DNA from: an uncultured delta proteobacterium
GTDB lineage: Bacteria; Desulfobacterota; RBG-13-43-22
Reading direction: 5' to 3'
DNA: 64,000 nucleotides
NCBI GenBank assembly: GCA_963716045.1
Contig: CAVQSS010000009.1
Location: 128,852-192,851 of the forward strand
Shown here: positions 62,903 through 64,000 of the stretch, in pieces
Layout of the letters: every line of letters starts with the position of its first letter
Position numbering within the stretch: position 1 is the first letter of the stretch
Translations under genes and position numbers: made by a program
The notes under the pieces: generated by a model
Seen by the model: only the letters and a program-made list of their open reading frames with translations
What the model was told of the DNA's origin: nothing
The model's database searches: none

Positions 62903-63748
62903 TTATTTTCCTCCTAAATTCCGGCGAATATATTCGGCGGCGTTTTTGAAAAGGAGCAAGCCCTGGCCTTCTTCTTTTTCCAGGCTTTTTCCTTCCCGCC
63001 GCAGCGCCTCTTTGCTTAAGGTCCAACGGGGATGGTTGGTCCAATGATGGAAGGCCTCCGGATGGGGCATTAGCCCAAAAATACGTCCGCTGGGGTCGCA
63101 GAGGCCGGCGATATCCAGCAAGGAACCGTTGGGATTTTCCGGGAAGCGGCCCTGGGCCCTTTCTCCCTCCGGCAGGGCATAGGACAGGGCTACCTGCTGC
63201 CCGGCCACCAGTTGCTCCAGCACCTCGGGGGGGGCATAAAACTTGCCTTCTCCATGGCGGACGGGCAGTTCCATTTTTTCAATTCCCCGGGTGAAAATAC
63301 AAGGGGAATTCGGATTGCCCCGCAGCCGCACCCAGTCGTCCCGGAAATTTCCCCCGTCATTGGCGATCAAGGCCACCAATCTTCTCCCGTAATCGCCGGC
63401 GAAACCGGGCAGCAACCCCAGGTTGACCATGCCCTGAAACCCGTTACAGATACCGATAATCAATTTGCCGGCCGAGATAAAGGCCTCCAGGTCTTCCTTT
63501 AACGTATACTTGAGACGGGCGGCCAGAATAACGCCGGCCCCGTGATCGTCGCCCCAACTGAAACCGCCGACGAAGGCCAGGAGGTGATAGTCCTGAAGGT
63601 TGACTTTATTCCGGTCCTCACGGGCGGCGATCAACTGGCTGAGGTGGACCCTTTCCGCCTGGAACCCGGCCAGGGACAGGCTGTATTGGGTTTCCCAGTC
63701 GCAATTCAGACCGTATCCGGTTAAGACCAATGCCCGCGGACTGTTCAT
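62903..63748 (-). CDS. purQ: FGAM synthase glutamine amidotransferase subunit PurQ (long form)
   Basis: 281 aa. GATase1 catalytic Cys in GICNGFQ and His-Glu in MPHPE. A 4-nt overlap links it to the upstream purL-like frame. Confidence 0.85.
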   Translation of the reverse strand: MNSPRALVLTGYGLNCDWETQYSLSLAGFQAERVHLSQLIAAREDRNKVNLQDYHLLAFVGGFSWGDDHGAGVILAARLKYTLKEDLEAFISAGKLIIGICNGFQGMVNLGLLPGFAGDYGRRLVALIANDGGNFRDDWVRLRGNPNSPCIFTRGIEKMELPVRHGEGKFYAPPEVLEQLVAGQQVALSYALPEGERAQGRFPENPNGSLLDIAGLCDPSGRIFGLMPHPEAFHHWTNHPRWTLSKEALRREGKSLEKEEGQGLLLFKNAAEYIRRNLGGK

Positions 63749-64000
63749 ACCAGGTCTCCGAAGGGCCGATGGAATGCGGCCCGAAAGTTTTTCAGCCTTG
63801 TTTTTATCAGGGTTTGCCCTTCATTCTTGAACACAATCCGCCGGGTCCTGGTCACCCGCCCCACCGGCCGGCAGATACAGCCAGCCATCAGGCCTTCAAA
63901 GGCCTCCTGTTTTTGCGGGTCCACCGTCAGGATGACCCGCCCGCAAGTCTCGGAAAACAATATCTTGTCCGGCCGGAGGTTAGGCGAGGCCGGGACTCGG
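63745..64000 (-). CDS. purL: 3-prime end of a FGAM synthase PurL-type (AIR-synthase-related) gene; partial, runs off the window
   Basis: The frame is open from 64000 down to the stop at 63745 (..LFSETCGRVILTVDPQKQEAFEGLM..). Assignment rests on its position immediately upstream of purQ. Confidence 0.6.
   Translation of the reverse strand, partial: RVPASPNLRPDKILFSETCGRVILTVDPQKQEAFEGLMAGCICRPVGRVTRTRRIVFKNEGQTLIKTRLKNFRAAFHRPFGDLV

Noticed and set aside
1-64000. CRISPR arrays, tRNA/rRNA genes, IS elements, integrases and phage genes
   Set aside because: I scanned every intergenic gap over 100 bp. No regularly spaced repeats, cloverleaf-like sequences, rRNA-like stretches or recombinase motifs were seen. 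The only repeats found are the short ones reported above.

Overview
A 64-kb chromosomal segment at roughly 55% GC. Its gene content (alternative Ahb haem pathway, sigma-54-driven flagellar genes, GroEL sequence) looks like a Desulfobacterota (deltaproteobacterial) anaerobe; that assignment is inference only. Positions 1-36,000 form one large minus-strand flagellar supercluster. Its order resembles the Bacillus fla/che operon: flgB-flgC-fliE-fliFGHIJ-ylxF-fliK-flgD-flgE, then fliLMN-fliOPQR-flhBAFG-fliA-cheY, then flgF-flgG-flgA-flgH-flgI-flgJ. I found five near-consensus sigma-54 promoters heading its transcription units. The block also carries two NtrC-type enhancer-binding proteins (EBPs), each atypical in a different module, an AMIN-TPR periplasmic protein and a sigma-54-driven LysM-RlpA operon. 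No histidine kinase is present. Positions 36,000-64,000 are mostly housekeeping: a FapA/DUF342 gene, a DUF3842-CooT-MBL operon, groES/groEL with a CIRCE operator, a dGTPase-like gene, and ahb/hemB haem genes. They also hold Crp/Fnr, ThiF/MoeB, ferredoxin, a UvrD-like helicase, an MFS transporter, metG, ricT, holB, tmk and purQ/purL. Accessory content is limited to two items. One is a 1.3-kb AT-rich islet with a ParE toxin-antitoxin pair whose antitoxin frame is fused upstream to a degenerate receiver-like domain. The other is a four-gene hot-dog/GT2/KS/KS-like lipid or polyketide-type module. Five genes between 43.5 and 62 kb (dgt-like, LysM, hot-dog dehydratase, ricT, holB) show single-nucleotide frame disruptions, while the 43-kb flagellar part shows none. 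I recognised no rRNA, tRNA, CRISPR array, transposase or integrase. All family assignments come from reading motifs by eye, with no database search.
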